Below, in pieces: positions 37,612-50,133 of a stretch of DNA of 64,000 nucleotides. A program made the position numbers and the translations under genes. The stretch is taken from positions 7,750,001 through 7,814,000 of the forward strand of contig NC_043022.1 in NCBI RefSeq assembly GCF_006345805.1, given 5' to 3'. The notes beneath the pieces were generated by a model. That model was not told the DNA's origin. It saw nothing but the letters and a program-made list of their open reading frames with translations, and made no database searches. Every line of letters begins with the position of its first letter. Positions within the stretch are counted from its first letter, which is position 1. Source of the stretch: Octopus sinensis (Eukaryota).

Positions 37612-37864
37612 CGTTTATTTATTTTCTCTGAAGTTTAAACACGTGTAGCTATGTTGGTGTTTACATGTCGTAGGTGTGGCGCAGTTTGCTGTTGTTGAAC
37701 TGGAGCACGCATTCCGCCATTAGACGTCGGGATTTTGTGTGCAACAAACACTTACACACACGGACAAACACACACGTATATTCACTCGCTAACACACACA
37801 CATACACATTCGCCTACACAGATTCACACGTTACATCCACGTTGAAAACACTGCCGCACAGTTA

Positions 37865-37929
<65 letters not shown>

Positions 37930-38037
37930 CCGGAGTAAACACATAAATGTGAAACAAGGTGGAAAAAAGAGTACTCAAATACCAGAGGTAGAGTAATATG
38001 CTTTATTTAAAGCAACAGACAGTTTTGTTAAACAAAA

Positions 38038-38075
38038 CTGTCTGACGAACGGGAACGTGAAACTCCGAGTAACAG
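38038..38075 (+). ncRNA. 38-nt minimal type I hammerhead motif
   Basis: CUGU-CUGACGA-ACG-GGAA-CGU-GAAA-CUCCGAG-UA-ACAG. Confidence 0.7.
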
Positions 38076-38503
38076 CCTTTGTCAAATTTCTGCTGCTTTT
38101 AAATAAAGTATATATATATATGAATGTGTGTGTGTAAAAAGAGAGAGACGCTGAGAAGCATACCTCAACTTACGTCAGCATTTGACTCCAAGACACGACT
38201 TAACTCGAAAATCAACGTAACACGAAAACTCGTTTTTTAAAATTCATTAGCTTATTCGTTTTACAAATGCTTTATATGTGTATATATCCACATGAATTTT
38301 ATTTGAATTTCTACTTCAGTATTGGATTTTGTAGATGTTTTTTTCTAAATAATTCTAAAGCTTTTAAATATGTTCGCTGAGACCGAAGTAAAGTCAAATG
38401 AATCTTCTGAAGCTGGAGTTAATTTTGTTCCATTAATTTCTTTAATAAAATGGCACGTAACCACTCAAAGCGATGCAGTACATATTATATATACATATAT
38501 ATG

Positions 38504-38715
38504 CGAGGGGATGATAAAAAGTTCCTGGTTTTAAGGGTGTCGCGAAAGGTTGGGTTGGTCGTCTAACATTCCCAGATCCTTTACAGGGCCTTGAAAAACT
38601 GAACGACCGCTGCAAACAGTGTGTGAATCTGAGAGGGGAATATCTTGAATAAAATCGTAAATAATTGATTCTGCTTTTCTTTCACCCAAGTCAGGAACTT
38701 TTCAGCACTTCCTCG
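38504..38715 (+). mobile_element. Mariner-derived MITE
   Basis: Degenerate 30-bp TIRs; internal remnant of the transposase C-terminus (GLEKLxDRCxxCVNLRGEY). Confidence 0.8.
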
Positions 38716-38734
38716 TGTGTGTGTGTGTGTGTGT

Positions 38735-38920
38735 TGCACGCATTTTTTTCTCTCCTTGTTTCTTTCTGTGTTTCTTTTCTGTGTATCTTTCTGTTGAAGA
38801 GCGTAGGCTCGAAACGTAAAAGACTTGTTCTATTTCTTATTCCTGAGCGCTATTCCAATACAATTGTTTGTTTGTACTCCACCTGCCTTCGTCTTTTGTT
38901 TATTTTCGTAAAGCTTCCCG

Positions 38921-38925
<5 letters not shown>
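38735..38925 (+). mobile_element. HHR-like element of the (TA)n family (core CUGUUGA, 38786-38823)
   Basis: UCUUU-CUGUUGA-A-GAGC-GUAG-GCUC-GAAA-CG-UA-AAAGA. Confidence 0.8.
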
Positions 38926-38963
<38 letters not shown>

Positions 38964-38971
<8 letters not shown>

Positions 38972-39182
38972 TATCTGAAATGTTCCTGGCTTTAAAGGTG
39001 TCGCGAGAGGCCCGGTTGGAGGCCCAACCTTCCGAAGTCTTTTAAAAGTTTTAGAAAAACTGAAGGACCATTGCAATAAGTGTGAATCTGAGGGGAGAAT
39101 ACGTTGAATAAAATCATAAATAACTGATCCTTCACTTGTATTTTCTTTTACCCAAAATCAGGAACTTTGCAGTAATTCTTCG
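38964..39182 (+). mobile_element. Mariner-derived MITE
   Basis: CGAGGGGGTATCTGAAATGTTCCTGGCTTT ... AATCAGGAACTTTGCAGTAATTCTTCG|TA. Confidence 0.8.
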
Positions 39183-39604
39183 TATATAACTGTTAACGTC
39201 CTAATTCAAATGTTTTCCTTACGTTTATATTCAATGTTGAAAGGTATGCAACTTGCTGGTTAACATTAGTAATAGTTTGCTAATGTTGTCAGCTAACGAT
39301 CACATTACCAGTTGTACAACAGCGAAAATATAACAGCAAGAAATAATAAACAAGAGAAAATTAGCAGACGATACGTAAATGCCTGACAAGTTTGGGATTA
39401 CTCGCTCATCAGCGACAACGTTCTATTTTACGTTGCAAATAGTTATTTTTTGTTTTCCTCCATATTGCAAATCCGTGCTTTGGTCGGCTCGTGTACCGCA
39501 AGTATGTTTGTTTCTTTTCTTCAGTGTCAAACAGGTGTTTTATGTTATCTGTATATTGTTTCAAAGAAAGTATTATTTGCATTTATTATTAACATTGTAT
39601 TATA

Positions 39605-39905
39605 GGCGGCGAGCTGGCAGAATCGTTAGCACGCCGGGTATTTTCGTTTGCCGTTACGTTCTGAGTTCAAATTTCGCCGAGGTCGACTTTGCCTTTCATC
39701 ATTTCGGAGTCGATAAGTTAAGTAATGGGTTCGATGTAATCGCCTTAATCCCTTCACCCCAAAATTTGAGTCCTTGAGCTTCCAGTATAAAGTATTATTA
39801 TTATTATTATTATTAATGCGGCAATATGTTACGGGGACGTAAACACACCAGCATCGGTTGTCAAGCGATGTTGTTGGGACAAACACAGACACACAAAACA
39901 CACAC
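39605..39905 (+). mobile_element. SINE family B copy followed by a family A fragment
   Basis: Family homology. Confidence 0.75.
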
Positions 39906-40572
39906 ACACCACACACATATATATATATATTATATATTATATTATTATATATATATATATATATATATATGCGCATACATACATACATCCGCACATTTGG
40001 TAACTAGATGAGCATGACCCAGCTGTGGAATTGTTAGTGAATGAAATACATTGAGGGAATTTCGAACATAATCTATGAGTAAAATATGGATATAATTACC
40101 TACAGTTACCCTTCCGGGACATCATGATGTTTCGGTAATTTTTTGGGTGCTGATGAAAACACTGCTTCCGTTCTGTCTCTCTAAAAATAGTTGTTCATAT
40201 ACAAGGTCGCCAGGAGCTAGCAACATACGCAGGCACAGGTATACAAACGCATAAATGCATGCACATATATACAGATCTATGCCTCTCTCTGTGTGATGGG
40301 GAATGAGCCTGTGACTGTGTTTGTGTGTGAGTGATTGTATTTGAGCAAGTGTGACCGTTTTGAAGTACGAAAGGAGAAAAGATTACTCGGTTTCTGCAGT
40401 TTGTTCATTCGTTCCAACGTTACAACCTCATGATTACTCTGCAGATTTTTTCCCGTTATGTACGATACTTCAGTTACCTGAAAATTTCGTACGTAGTGAC
40501 AAACTCCAGGTAAATCATCTCCAAAGAATAAGTATACGCACGCATATGCATATAATATATATATATATATAT

Positions 40573-40603
<31 letters not shown>

Positions 40604-40679
40604 AAGGTTAAATTTAACCTTTAATGGTATCTTTTAATATGCTGGCCATTGATAAAATTTTTTTGATAAAGTTTTATCC

Positions 40680-40745
<66 letters not shown>

Positions 40746-41611
40746 ATATACCTGTGTGTACATATATATACAGATATACATACATACACACCTATGTATA
40801 TTTTATCTCTCCTCTTTTCTTTGTTTCAAATGTGTGTCTATTCATGTATGTATATATATATATATATACACCAACATGCAAACACATATATATGTACACA
40901 CATACAGAGTGATAGTGACTGAGTGCGTAAAAAGCAATGAAGACATACAGTGACAAATACGAACCTATCTGCCTACCTGCCTACCTACCTACCTACCTAC
41001 CTACCTACCTACCTACCTACATCATACATACATACATACATACATACATACATACATGCATACGTACACATACACACACACATGCATATACACACTCACA
41101 CGCTTATCAACCACATCCTGTATATGTGCGGGAATGTGTGTGTGTGTGTGTGTAAGTGCATACAGATGGTCTAGAAGTGTCATGGTGGAAAATGTATATA
41201 ACTAATAACAAAAGGTGTCGAATAAATAAACAGAGTGCTACATGTGCATACAATAAGTCTCAACAATAACATTGCAGACACACATGTGCACAGAAGGTGT
41301 GCATCGGTTGGCCATACTTTGGAGATTGCCAAGCCGCGACGTGAGAGACTAACGGTTCGAATTTCATCATTGCCGTTGTTTTTGTTGTTGTGTTGTTGTT
41401 TATCCTGGATATGATTTTAAAGTGTGTTCCTGGAGCGAGGGCACTGGTTGGAATGTTTCATGGTTTTTGAGGAGTGTGGAAGCACTTCGTAGTTACTATT
41501 TGTTCCCAGGTCTACTCTGACCCGGAGTTGTAGCACCTGTCAAAGTGGATAGATAGACAGACAGACAGATAGATAGATCGATAGATACAGAGAGAGTAGA
41601 GAGGGGGGATA

Positions 41612-41711
41612 NNNNNNNNNNNNNNNNNNNNNNNNNNNNNNNNNNNNNNNNNNNNNNNNNNNNNNNNNNNNNNNNNNNNNNNNNNNNNNNNNNNNNNNNN
41701 NNNNNNNNNNN
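41612..41711. other. Assembly gap (100 N)
   Basis: Run of N; true distance and orientation across it are unknown. Confidence 1.
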
Positions 41712-42409
41712 CACTACACTCACATATATATAGACACTCACATACGTGTGTGTGTAGTTATAATGTATGTTTATATATTTGTGTCTGTATTACACTTTCT
41801 CTATATGCAATCTTTTAAATATATATATACGCACACATGTGTGTATCAGGATAGGCATAATTACATATACAAATACCTACATATATGTGTGTGTATGTAC
41901 ACATACGCAAGAATATAGGGAGAGATACACGAATAATATACACACACATGTAATTATATATGTGTGTATGTATAATTACATCCACATCCATACATTTACA
42001 CACACATATACGTACACACATTCATACAAGACCAGGAAATAATGATGAACAAGCAATTGCCAATTTCTCAATTCTAGAGTTACCATTTTTGTCGTTTCTT
42101 GTTTGCTTTTATTATCATTTTCTCCTTTTTTTTATTTTCTCATAATTTTTCTTCTTCTTGTAACCAACTTAGTTTATGAAATTAGCCGTGACACAATAGG
42201 TTGAAAAAGGTCCTGCGAACGCGAAAGAGCGACTATTTCAATTCTGCACCGCTGCACATCGACAGCTCGATACTTTCAATTGACATTATAATGTTTTTCC
42301 CGAGAATGCAGCCGACATCTTTAGTGACAGCCGACAATATTTTCACTGACAAACAAACCAGACGACATTATCCTATTCCACAATATATTTTCGATGCGCA
42401 GGGTTTCAT

Positions 42410-43039
42410 TTCGTTTTTTTATTCTTGATATTTCTTTCTTTTTGATATTTTCTTTATTCATTTCTTTCTTCCATATCTTCATATCTTCTTTCTCTCTTCA
42501 ATCGTTCTTTTTTTTACTTTTTCACTATATCTCATTCATTCATTCTTTCTTTTTATCTCTGTCTTCATTCCTAGCTTTCTTTTTATCTTTCTTCGTTTCT
42601 TTCTATCTCCTTCTTTTCTTTCATTGATATTTTCACTTTTCATTTTATACATTCATTTATTTTCTCTTTCACTTTTCCTTCCTTTTTCTCCTTCTCTTAT
42701 TCCTTTCCTTTTATTTTCTATCCTTCTTTCTTTCTTTCTTTCTTTCTTTTATATATTCCTTTTCTTCATTCCTATTTCCAGTCTTCCTCTATTTCATATC
42801 TTCATTATTTCCTTTCCTTCTTTTTCTCTCATTCGTATTCCTTCATTTCTTCCTTTCGGTCTCCCTTTCTCCTACTGTTTTCTTCCTTTCTTTCTTTCCT
42901 CTCCTTCTCTCGTCTTCTTCCCTTTCTTTCTTTTTATCTTTCTTTCTTTCATATTTTCATCCTTCCTATATATTCTTGTTTTCCTCTTCTTTCAGCATCT
43001 TGTCCTATATATCCGTCTATCCGTCTATCTATCTATCTG

Positions 43040-43078
<39 letters not shown>

Positions 43079-43153
43079 GTCTATCTGTCTATCTATCTAT
43101 CTATCTATCTGTCTTTTTCTATCTGTCTGTCTTTCTATCTGTCTGTCTGTCTT

Positions 43154-43224
<71 letters not shown>

Positions 43225-44620
43225 GTTTGTCTGTCTGTCTGTCTGTCTATCTCTTCTATATCGCATCTCAGTTTCTTCTCCTTCTTATTGCCTTCTCACA
43301 CCTCTCTCCTCTTTCTTTTCTTTTCTCTCTCCTCCTCTCTCTCTCTCCTCTTTCACTCTCTCTCTCTCCTTTGTTCTCTTTCTCCTCTATACGTCTATCT
43401 ATCTATCTATCTATCTATCTGTCGATATCTCTTCTCTACTGAATCTGTCTCGCCTCCTCTCTTTCTCTCTCTCTCTCTCTCTACACTTTGCCTTTTCAAT
43501 CCTCTTCTCTCCCTCTCTCCTCTATTTCCTTCTCTAATATCTTCTCTCTCTCTCTCCTCTCTGTCCAGCTTTCTCTACATACTATCTTTATCTCCTCTCC
43601 TTCACTCTATCACTTCTTTCTCTCTCCCTCTCCCCTCTCCCTCCACCTCTACACACTATCTTTACCTCCTCTCCATCTCTCCCTCTCTCCATCTCCTCCC
43701 ATCCTCCCTTCCTCACACACAGCATATGCAGACAATTCCAGTTATTAATCATTCACCGCTATCCTTACTTGTTTTTATTAATTTATTGTAGTAAATCTTT
43801 TCCTTTCCTTATTTTTGTTCGTTTTTATTCGTTTCTTCATTCATTTAAATACTTTTTCCTTCATCATTTTTCTTCTATTTTCCATTTCTTTCTTTATTTT
43901 TCTTTATTTTTCTACGTTTTCACAGTTTGTTGTTTTTGTTTATATTTATTATCTGCCGCTGATATAAATAATACTGTTTGCTTTTATTTCAACTTCCGTT
44001 TTTATTATTATTATTATTATTATATTATATTATTATTATCATTGTTGTTGTTGTTATTATCATTATTATTGATATTTTCATTTCTTTCTTTCTCTTCTTC
44101 TGTCTATCTCTGTCTCTATCTTTTTCTTCTCTCTCAATCTTTCTCCCCTTCTAGCTTATTTGTTCTCTAATCCCCTCTCTCTCTCTCTTTCTCTCACCCT
44201 CTATCTTATTCTCTCTGTATCTATCTCGCTCTCTCCTTCTCTATCTTTCTCTCTCTCACATCTTCCGTTTCTCTCTCTCTCTCTCTCATTCTCGACCTCT
44301 TTCTCTACCTTTTCCCTCTCAATATTTCTTTTTCTCTATCTTTCCCTCTTTTATTTTTCTCTCTTTCCCCCTCTCTCCCCATCTATCTTTCTCTCCATCC
44401 TTCCCCTCTTCTTTCACCATCTCCCCCTCTCTCTCTCCCCCTTTCTCCCCCTCCCCCTCTCTGTCTCTAATCTGTATTCTGTTCTCAACTTACCACCATT
44501 TTACCACTTCATCATCTATGACTCGTCTCTCCCGCCTTCCCTCCTTCCCTTTCACCTCTCCTCCTCTCACCAAACCCCACCCCACCGCAGCCCACTCGGC
44601 CATGTTAAATCTTATGATAA
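42410..44620. repeat. 2.2-kb polypyrimidine / (ATCT)n / (CT)n low-complexity tract
   Basis: Direct reading; F/L/S-rich ORFs are artefacts. Confidence 0.92.
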
Positions 44621-45548
44621 GCTGCCATTAATCTAACACCCTTTTTTTTTCCATCTTTATTCATTTTTTTTCTTCCTAATTCTCCTCTCTTCCTCTTCCT
44701 TCCTTTCCCCACCTCTATATATCGTCTGCTACAAATTTTGTGACTTCCCTTAAACATAATCTTTTCGTCAAATTTATCTCTTTACATTACACTACATCCT
44801 TATGCCTTTTCCTCGCAGCCATTTTGTACATAAGGCGATTCCAATGGCTTTATTTATTTACTTATTTCAGGTGTTGTTTTACCTCATATTTTGTTTTGCA
44901 AAATGTCACAATATGTTCCTTCCATTTCATTGTTTTCGTTTTTCCCTGCCATAATTTACAATATCACTTCGCAATTTCATCATTCCTCCTAACATTCTCT
45001 CATATTCCTTTCATGTTCATGGCAGGACGCCATAACTCTTTTTATCTTCTCTTCTCCCGTTTCTTCATCTATGATAACTGTTTTATTGTTCTATTCTTCC
45101 AGCATCTGTCAACTCACCACTTCTTCTTAACACTCGCTTTCTCTCCTTAAGACTCACCTTACTCTTCGCTCTCAATCCTTCCCTCTCACTTCGCCTTTTC
45201 CTCCTTTTCCCATCACTTATTGTCTCTCTTACAGACACTCACTTCTGTGCATCTTATATACATCATTCTCCAGCCCTCGTTCCTATCTTCATGCACAATT
45301 TTCTTTTGACTTAACGCTTTGTCATGTCCATATTTCTTACAGAACCGAATGTCCGAGACAAAATATTTGACATCCATCTATCTGTCTGCCAAACTTTCTA
45401 TCTATTTTATATCTCAATTTACCTATCGATATATTCTAGCTCCCTGTTTCTCTATTTATCTACCTACCTATCCTGTTCTATTCTATGTCTCTTTATTTCT
45501 CTTTTTACATATCTATATATTTTATCTGTGTCTTTACCTCGCCGTCTG

Positions 45549-45608
<60 letters not shown>

Positions 45609-45707
45609 ACTGTCTGTCTGTCTGTCTCTCCGTTTATCTATTTTTCTCTATTCTATATTTGTTTATCGATCTCTTCATTTACATACCTATCTTTCTCTGT
45701 GTGTGTG

Positions 45708-45779
<72 letters not shown>

Positions 45780-45793
45780 GTGGTGTGTGTGAA

Positions 45794-46124
45794 GGCGCAT
45801 GGCTTAGTGGTTAGAGCGTCGAGCTTACGATCGTAAGGTTGTGAGCTCGAATCCCGGACCGGGCTGCGTGTTGTGTTTTTGAGTAAGACACTTTATTTCA
45901 CGTTGCTGCAGTTCACTCAGCTGTAGAAATGAGTTGCGACGTCACTGGTGCCAAGCTGTATCGACCTTTGTCTTTCCCTTGGATAACACTGGTGGCGTGG
46001 AGAGGGGAGGCTGGTATGCATGGGCGACTGCTAGTCTTCCTTAAACAACGATTATGGACTTGTGCCTTGGAGGGTTACCTTCTGGGTGCAATCCATGGTC
46101 TGTGTCGTGACCGAAGGAGGTCTC
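45794..46124 (+). mobile_element. tRNA-derived SINE family D, full length
   Basis: A box TGGCTTAGTGG, B-box-like AGCTCGAATCC; homologues at 46808-47137 and 50869-51035. Confidence 0.88.
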
Positions 46125-46132
46125 AGAATATA

Positions 46133-46196
<64 letters not shown>

Positions 46197-46309
46197 TATT
46201 TAAATATTTGTTGTGCAAGATTTTATATATATATATATCTATATATATAGAAGAGAGGAGAGAAAGAGAGAGACAGACAGACAGACTCGCACACATGTAT
46301 ACACATGAT

Positions 46310-46505
46310 CTGGTGCTGAAAAGTTCCTGGATTTGGGTAAAAGAAAATACAGGAGGATCAATTGATTACGATTTTACTCAATATATTCCCCTCTCAGATT
46401 TTCACACTTAATGCAGCGGTCCTTCAGTTTTTCTAAGCCCTGAAAAAAACTCAGAAAGTTGAGCCTGCAACCGGGCCTTTCGCGATAACTTTTCAGTACT
46501 TCTCG
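46310..46505 (-). mobile_element. Mariner-derived MITE
   Basis: Minus ORF contains FFQGLEKLKDRCIKCENLRGEYIE*, a mariner transposase C-terminal motif. Confidence 0.8.
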
Positions 46506-46558
46506 TGTGTGTGTGTGTGTGGCCTGATCTGAGATCGTATGCATAAACAAAAACAATG

Positions 46559-46746
46559 GCAGTGTGGAAGGTGTTTATAAGCCATGTAAAAACACACAAA
46601 AACCGTTAGATTCACTTCAACATTTAAATTTTATTCGTCGAAATATTTTCGTCGCTTTGAAACCGTAACCTGTTCACTGGAAAAATTCCGTGAATCTAAC
46701 GGCTTTTTTGTGTTTTTACATGGATTAGAAACACCTTCCACGCTGC
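46559..46746. mobile_element. Fold-back element with 57-bp inverted arms enclosing a degenerate G3-C8 HHR
   Basis: 46559-46615 versus 46690-46746; left part homologous to about 8240-8349. Confidence 0.8.
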
Positions 46747-46807
46747 AGTTATATATATATATCTATATTATATATATATCCATATATATATATATATATA
46801 TATAAAA

Positions 46808-47137
46808 AGACCCCCTTCGGTCATGAATGACCATGGGATTGCACCTAGAAAGTTACCCTCCTAGACACAAGTCCGGGCAAGGTTGTTTATGGAAGGCCAG
46901 CAGTCGCCCATGCATACCAGCCTCCCCTCTCCACACCACCAGTGTTATCCAAGGGAAAGACAAAGGTCGATACAGCTTGGCACCAGTGACGTCGCAACTC
47001 ATTTCTACAGCTGAGTGAACTGGAGCAACGTGAAATAAAGTGCCTTGCTCAAGAACACAACACGCAGCCCGGTCCGGGATTCGAGCTCACAACCTCACGA
47101 TCGTAAGCTCGACGCTCTAACCACTAAGCCATGCGCC
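46808..47137 (-). mobile_element. SINE family D, full length
   Basis: Inverted copy of 45794-46124. Confidence 0.88.
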
Positions 47138-47154
47138 TATATTATATATATATC

Positions 47155-47310
47155 ACCTTGATCACCTTGACCGACCAGTCCGCCAGGCGTCCATTTGAGA
47201 CCGCTGGTCACAGCACGCTGTCCACTCCTCTCTGGATCGCGCCTTTCTCATCCACGTGATCCCAAACCCGGAAGTCCTCCACGACGGTGGAGTTACGATT
47301 TCAGGAGGAC
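47155..47310 (-). mobile_element. RTE LINE extreme 3' end
   Basis: ...GITWMRKARSREEWTACCDQRSQMDA... followed by a (CAAGGTGAT)n tail. Confidence 0.65.
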
Positions 47311-47322
47311 GATTGGGATAAA

Positions 47323-47384
<62 letters not shown>

Positions 47385-47385
47385 T

Positions 47386-47625
47386 GGCGTAGAGTGGTAA
47401 GTAGCTTGCTTACGAACCACATGGTTCCGGGTTTCAGTCCCACTACGTGGGCAAGTGTCTTCTACGGTATGCATGGCCGACGAAAGCCTTGTGGGTGGAT
47501 TTGGTAGACGAAGACTGAAAGTCCGTCGTATATATGTGTGTGTGTGTCTCTATATGTGTATATATTTATGTGAGTGTGTCTCTGATTTATCACCAGCACC
47601 ATCACTTGACAACCGATGTTGCTAC
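47386..47625 (+). mobile_element. SINE family A (5' part)
   Basis: Family homology. Confidence 0.8.
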
Positions 47626-47629
47626 ACGA

Positions 47630-48410
47630 TGATGATAATGGTGGTGGTGGTGGTGGTAGTGATGTTGATGATGGTGGTGGTATTGATGATGGTGATGGTG
47701 GTGGTGTTGATGATGGTGGTGGTATCCATCATCCTCATGATACTCTTGATAATCTCAATAGTGTTTGTGGGTCGAAAAAGGCTGATGGTGAAGATGATGA
47801 TGGTTTTGGTGATGATTGTGGACGATGAGGTGGATGAAGAGGAGGATGAACATCATCATCATCATCGTCATCATCCTCGTCTTCGTCCTCAACATCTTCA
47901 TCATCATCATCTTCCTAATTACCATTATCATCATCATCTTCATTGTCATCGTAACCATCATCACCATCATCTTCACTATCATCATCTTATTGTCATCGTC
48001 GCCATCATCACCATCATCTTCACTATCATCATCATCTTCAGTGTCATAATCATCATCATCACTTTCATTGTCATCGTCATCAATATCACCGTCGCAGTCA
48101 TCGATGTACTCGCTGTCGTCGTCATCATCATTATCCTAATCATCACGATCATCATCATCATCGTCATCACCATCATCATCATCGTCGGCGTCATTGTCAT
48201 CATGATGCCACCTGCTGCTACTGACAATAATGTACATACTGGGTGGGGGGTGCAAATGCAATGATGATGATGATGATGATGTATCCTGCTGATGATGATA
48301 CACATCATCATCACCATAAACAGGACGACGATGATGATGATGGCGACGGTAAAGATAATGAATAATGATGATGGTATCGATAATAATGATGATGATGATG
48401 ATGTAAATAA
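47630..48410. repeat. (GAT/GGT)n then (CAT)n then (GAT)n trinucleotide field
   Basis: Direct reading; poly-His/Met/Ile ORFs are artefacts. Confidence 0.9.
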
Positions 48411-48690
48411 AAGAGACTAGAGAACAATGTTTCAAGCAGCATGATCTGGTGATATCATCTTTGTTAAAAGTTTGTTCTGAATGTGAGCTGCGCATGCGCA
48501 GTTGGCGTTTCAGAACAAATTAACAACAGACATCATTTATATAAAATAGAAGCCATTAGAACATTCTCGGGGAAACTAGATAAGATAAGAATCGTTCTTG
48601 CTAAACGGAAATTCACCCATTACAAAAATATCGACCAACAACAGCAACAATTAGAGCAGTAGCAGCAGCAGCAGCAGTAGTAATAGTAGT

Positions 48691-48856
48691 TTTGAGAAAT
48701 TCGGTTTCTCAAAACCAGAAAGGAGAAAGTTGATTCGACGATTACAGACCGAAGCAATCGCTGGAAGTGTGATAAAAAATTGTAGAGCTTTCCAGAAGTT
48801 TATCAATTTGATAAGTATATATGCACTTGTCTAGACTTGTAATTATATGCAAGAGA

Positions 48857-48893
<37 letters not shown>

Positions 48894-49040
48894 AACAATA
48901 GATCCAAATCTGCACATGCACGGACTCCAAATATTGCACATACATGCACACATGCAAGAATACTCTGTTGATGTTGAAATTCCAGCGAAGGAGTCTTGGA
49001 TCTGGGTTAGAAACTTGCTTGAAATAAAACTGAATAATGA
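48691..49040 (+). mobile_element. Second 3' end of the (CATA)-associated RLE retrotransposon family
   Basis: FEKFGFSKPERRKLIRRLQTEAIAG...; ends AAACTGAATAATGA|CATAC. Confidence 0.65.
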
Positions 49041-49479
49041 CATACACACACACATATACATACATACAGACTGACACACATGCACACATATACGTACATA
49101 CATAAATACAGACACACACACATATGTACGTAACGCACATACATACATATATTCACACATACATACATCCATAAACATACACACACACATACATACATCC
49201 CTACACACACACATACGTACATACATACACTCATACATAGACACATACGTAACATATATACATGCATACACACATACATACATACGTACACACATACATA
49301 CGTACATGCAAGCATACGTACGTGCATGCATACGTGCACATACATATACACATACATACATACATACATACATACATACATACATACATACATACATACA
49401 TACATACATAGAATATTCTGATGAATGCAGTCTAAAAGAGACTAATTTGTGTTAGAGGCCCGCGAAACTGCAAGACGTA

Positions 49480-49842
49480 CGGAGCCCAATGACGTAGTTC
49501 CGGATTCAGTCCCACTGCGTGACACATTGGGCAAGTTTCTTCTGCTGTAACCTCAGACTCACCAAAGCTTTGTGAATGGATCTGGTAGATGGAAACTGAA
49601 AGAAGCTCGTCGCTTGTCGTGTGTCTGTCTGTCTTTGTGTCTCTGTTTGTCCTCCCCACCCTCACTTGACAACCGATGCTGGTGTGTTTACGTCCACGTA
49701 ACTTAGCGGTTCGGAAGAAGAGACTGATACAATAAGTACTAGGCTTATAAAGAATAGAGTTCGATTTCTTTAACTTAAAACCCTTCAAAGCGGTGCTCCA
49801 GCATGGCCACTGTCAAATAACTGAACATGTAAAAGAATAAAA
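49480..49842 (+). mobile_element. SINE family A
   Basis: Family homology. Confidence 0.8.
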
Positions 49843-49948
49843 GGCTATATATCTAAAGAATTCTCTCGAGAGAGAGTAACATCCTTTAAACTGCCGGATC
49901 AACAAGAATCCCTATTCTACACACCTACGGTAATATGGGACTTCACGA

Positions 49949-50070
49949 GGGCGGCGATCTGGCAGAAACGTTAGCACGCCGGGCGAAATGCCTAGCGGTA
50001 TTTCGTCTGCCGTTACGTTCTGAGTTCAAATTCCGCCGAGGTCGACTTTGCCTTTCATCCTTTCATCCTT
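49949..50070 (+). mobile_element. SINE family B (5' part)
   Basis: Family homology. Confidence 0.8.
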
Positions 50071-50133
50071 TCGCGTGTGTATCGTTGGCGATTTTTTTTC
50101 CGCCGTCTTCTCTTGGATCTTTCCTTTTCCTAT

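Noticed and set aside
42190-42410. Unique segment with repeated CAGCCGACA and TGACAG words, a possible enhancer
   Set aside because: Short motifs are expected by chance; conservation data would be needed.
47455-48264. 269-aa His/Met/Ile-rich ORF
   Set aside because: Starts inside a SINE and runs through trinucleotide repeats.
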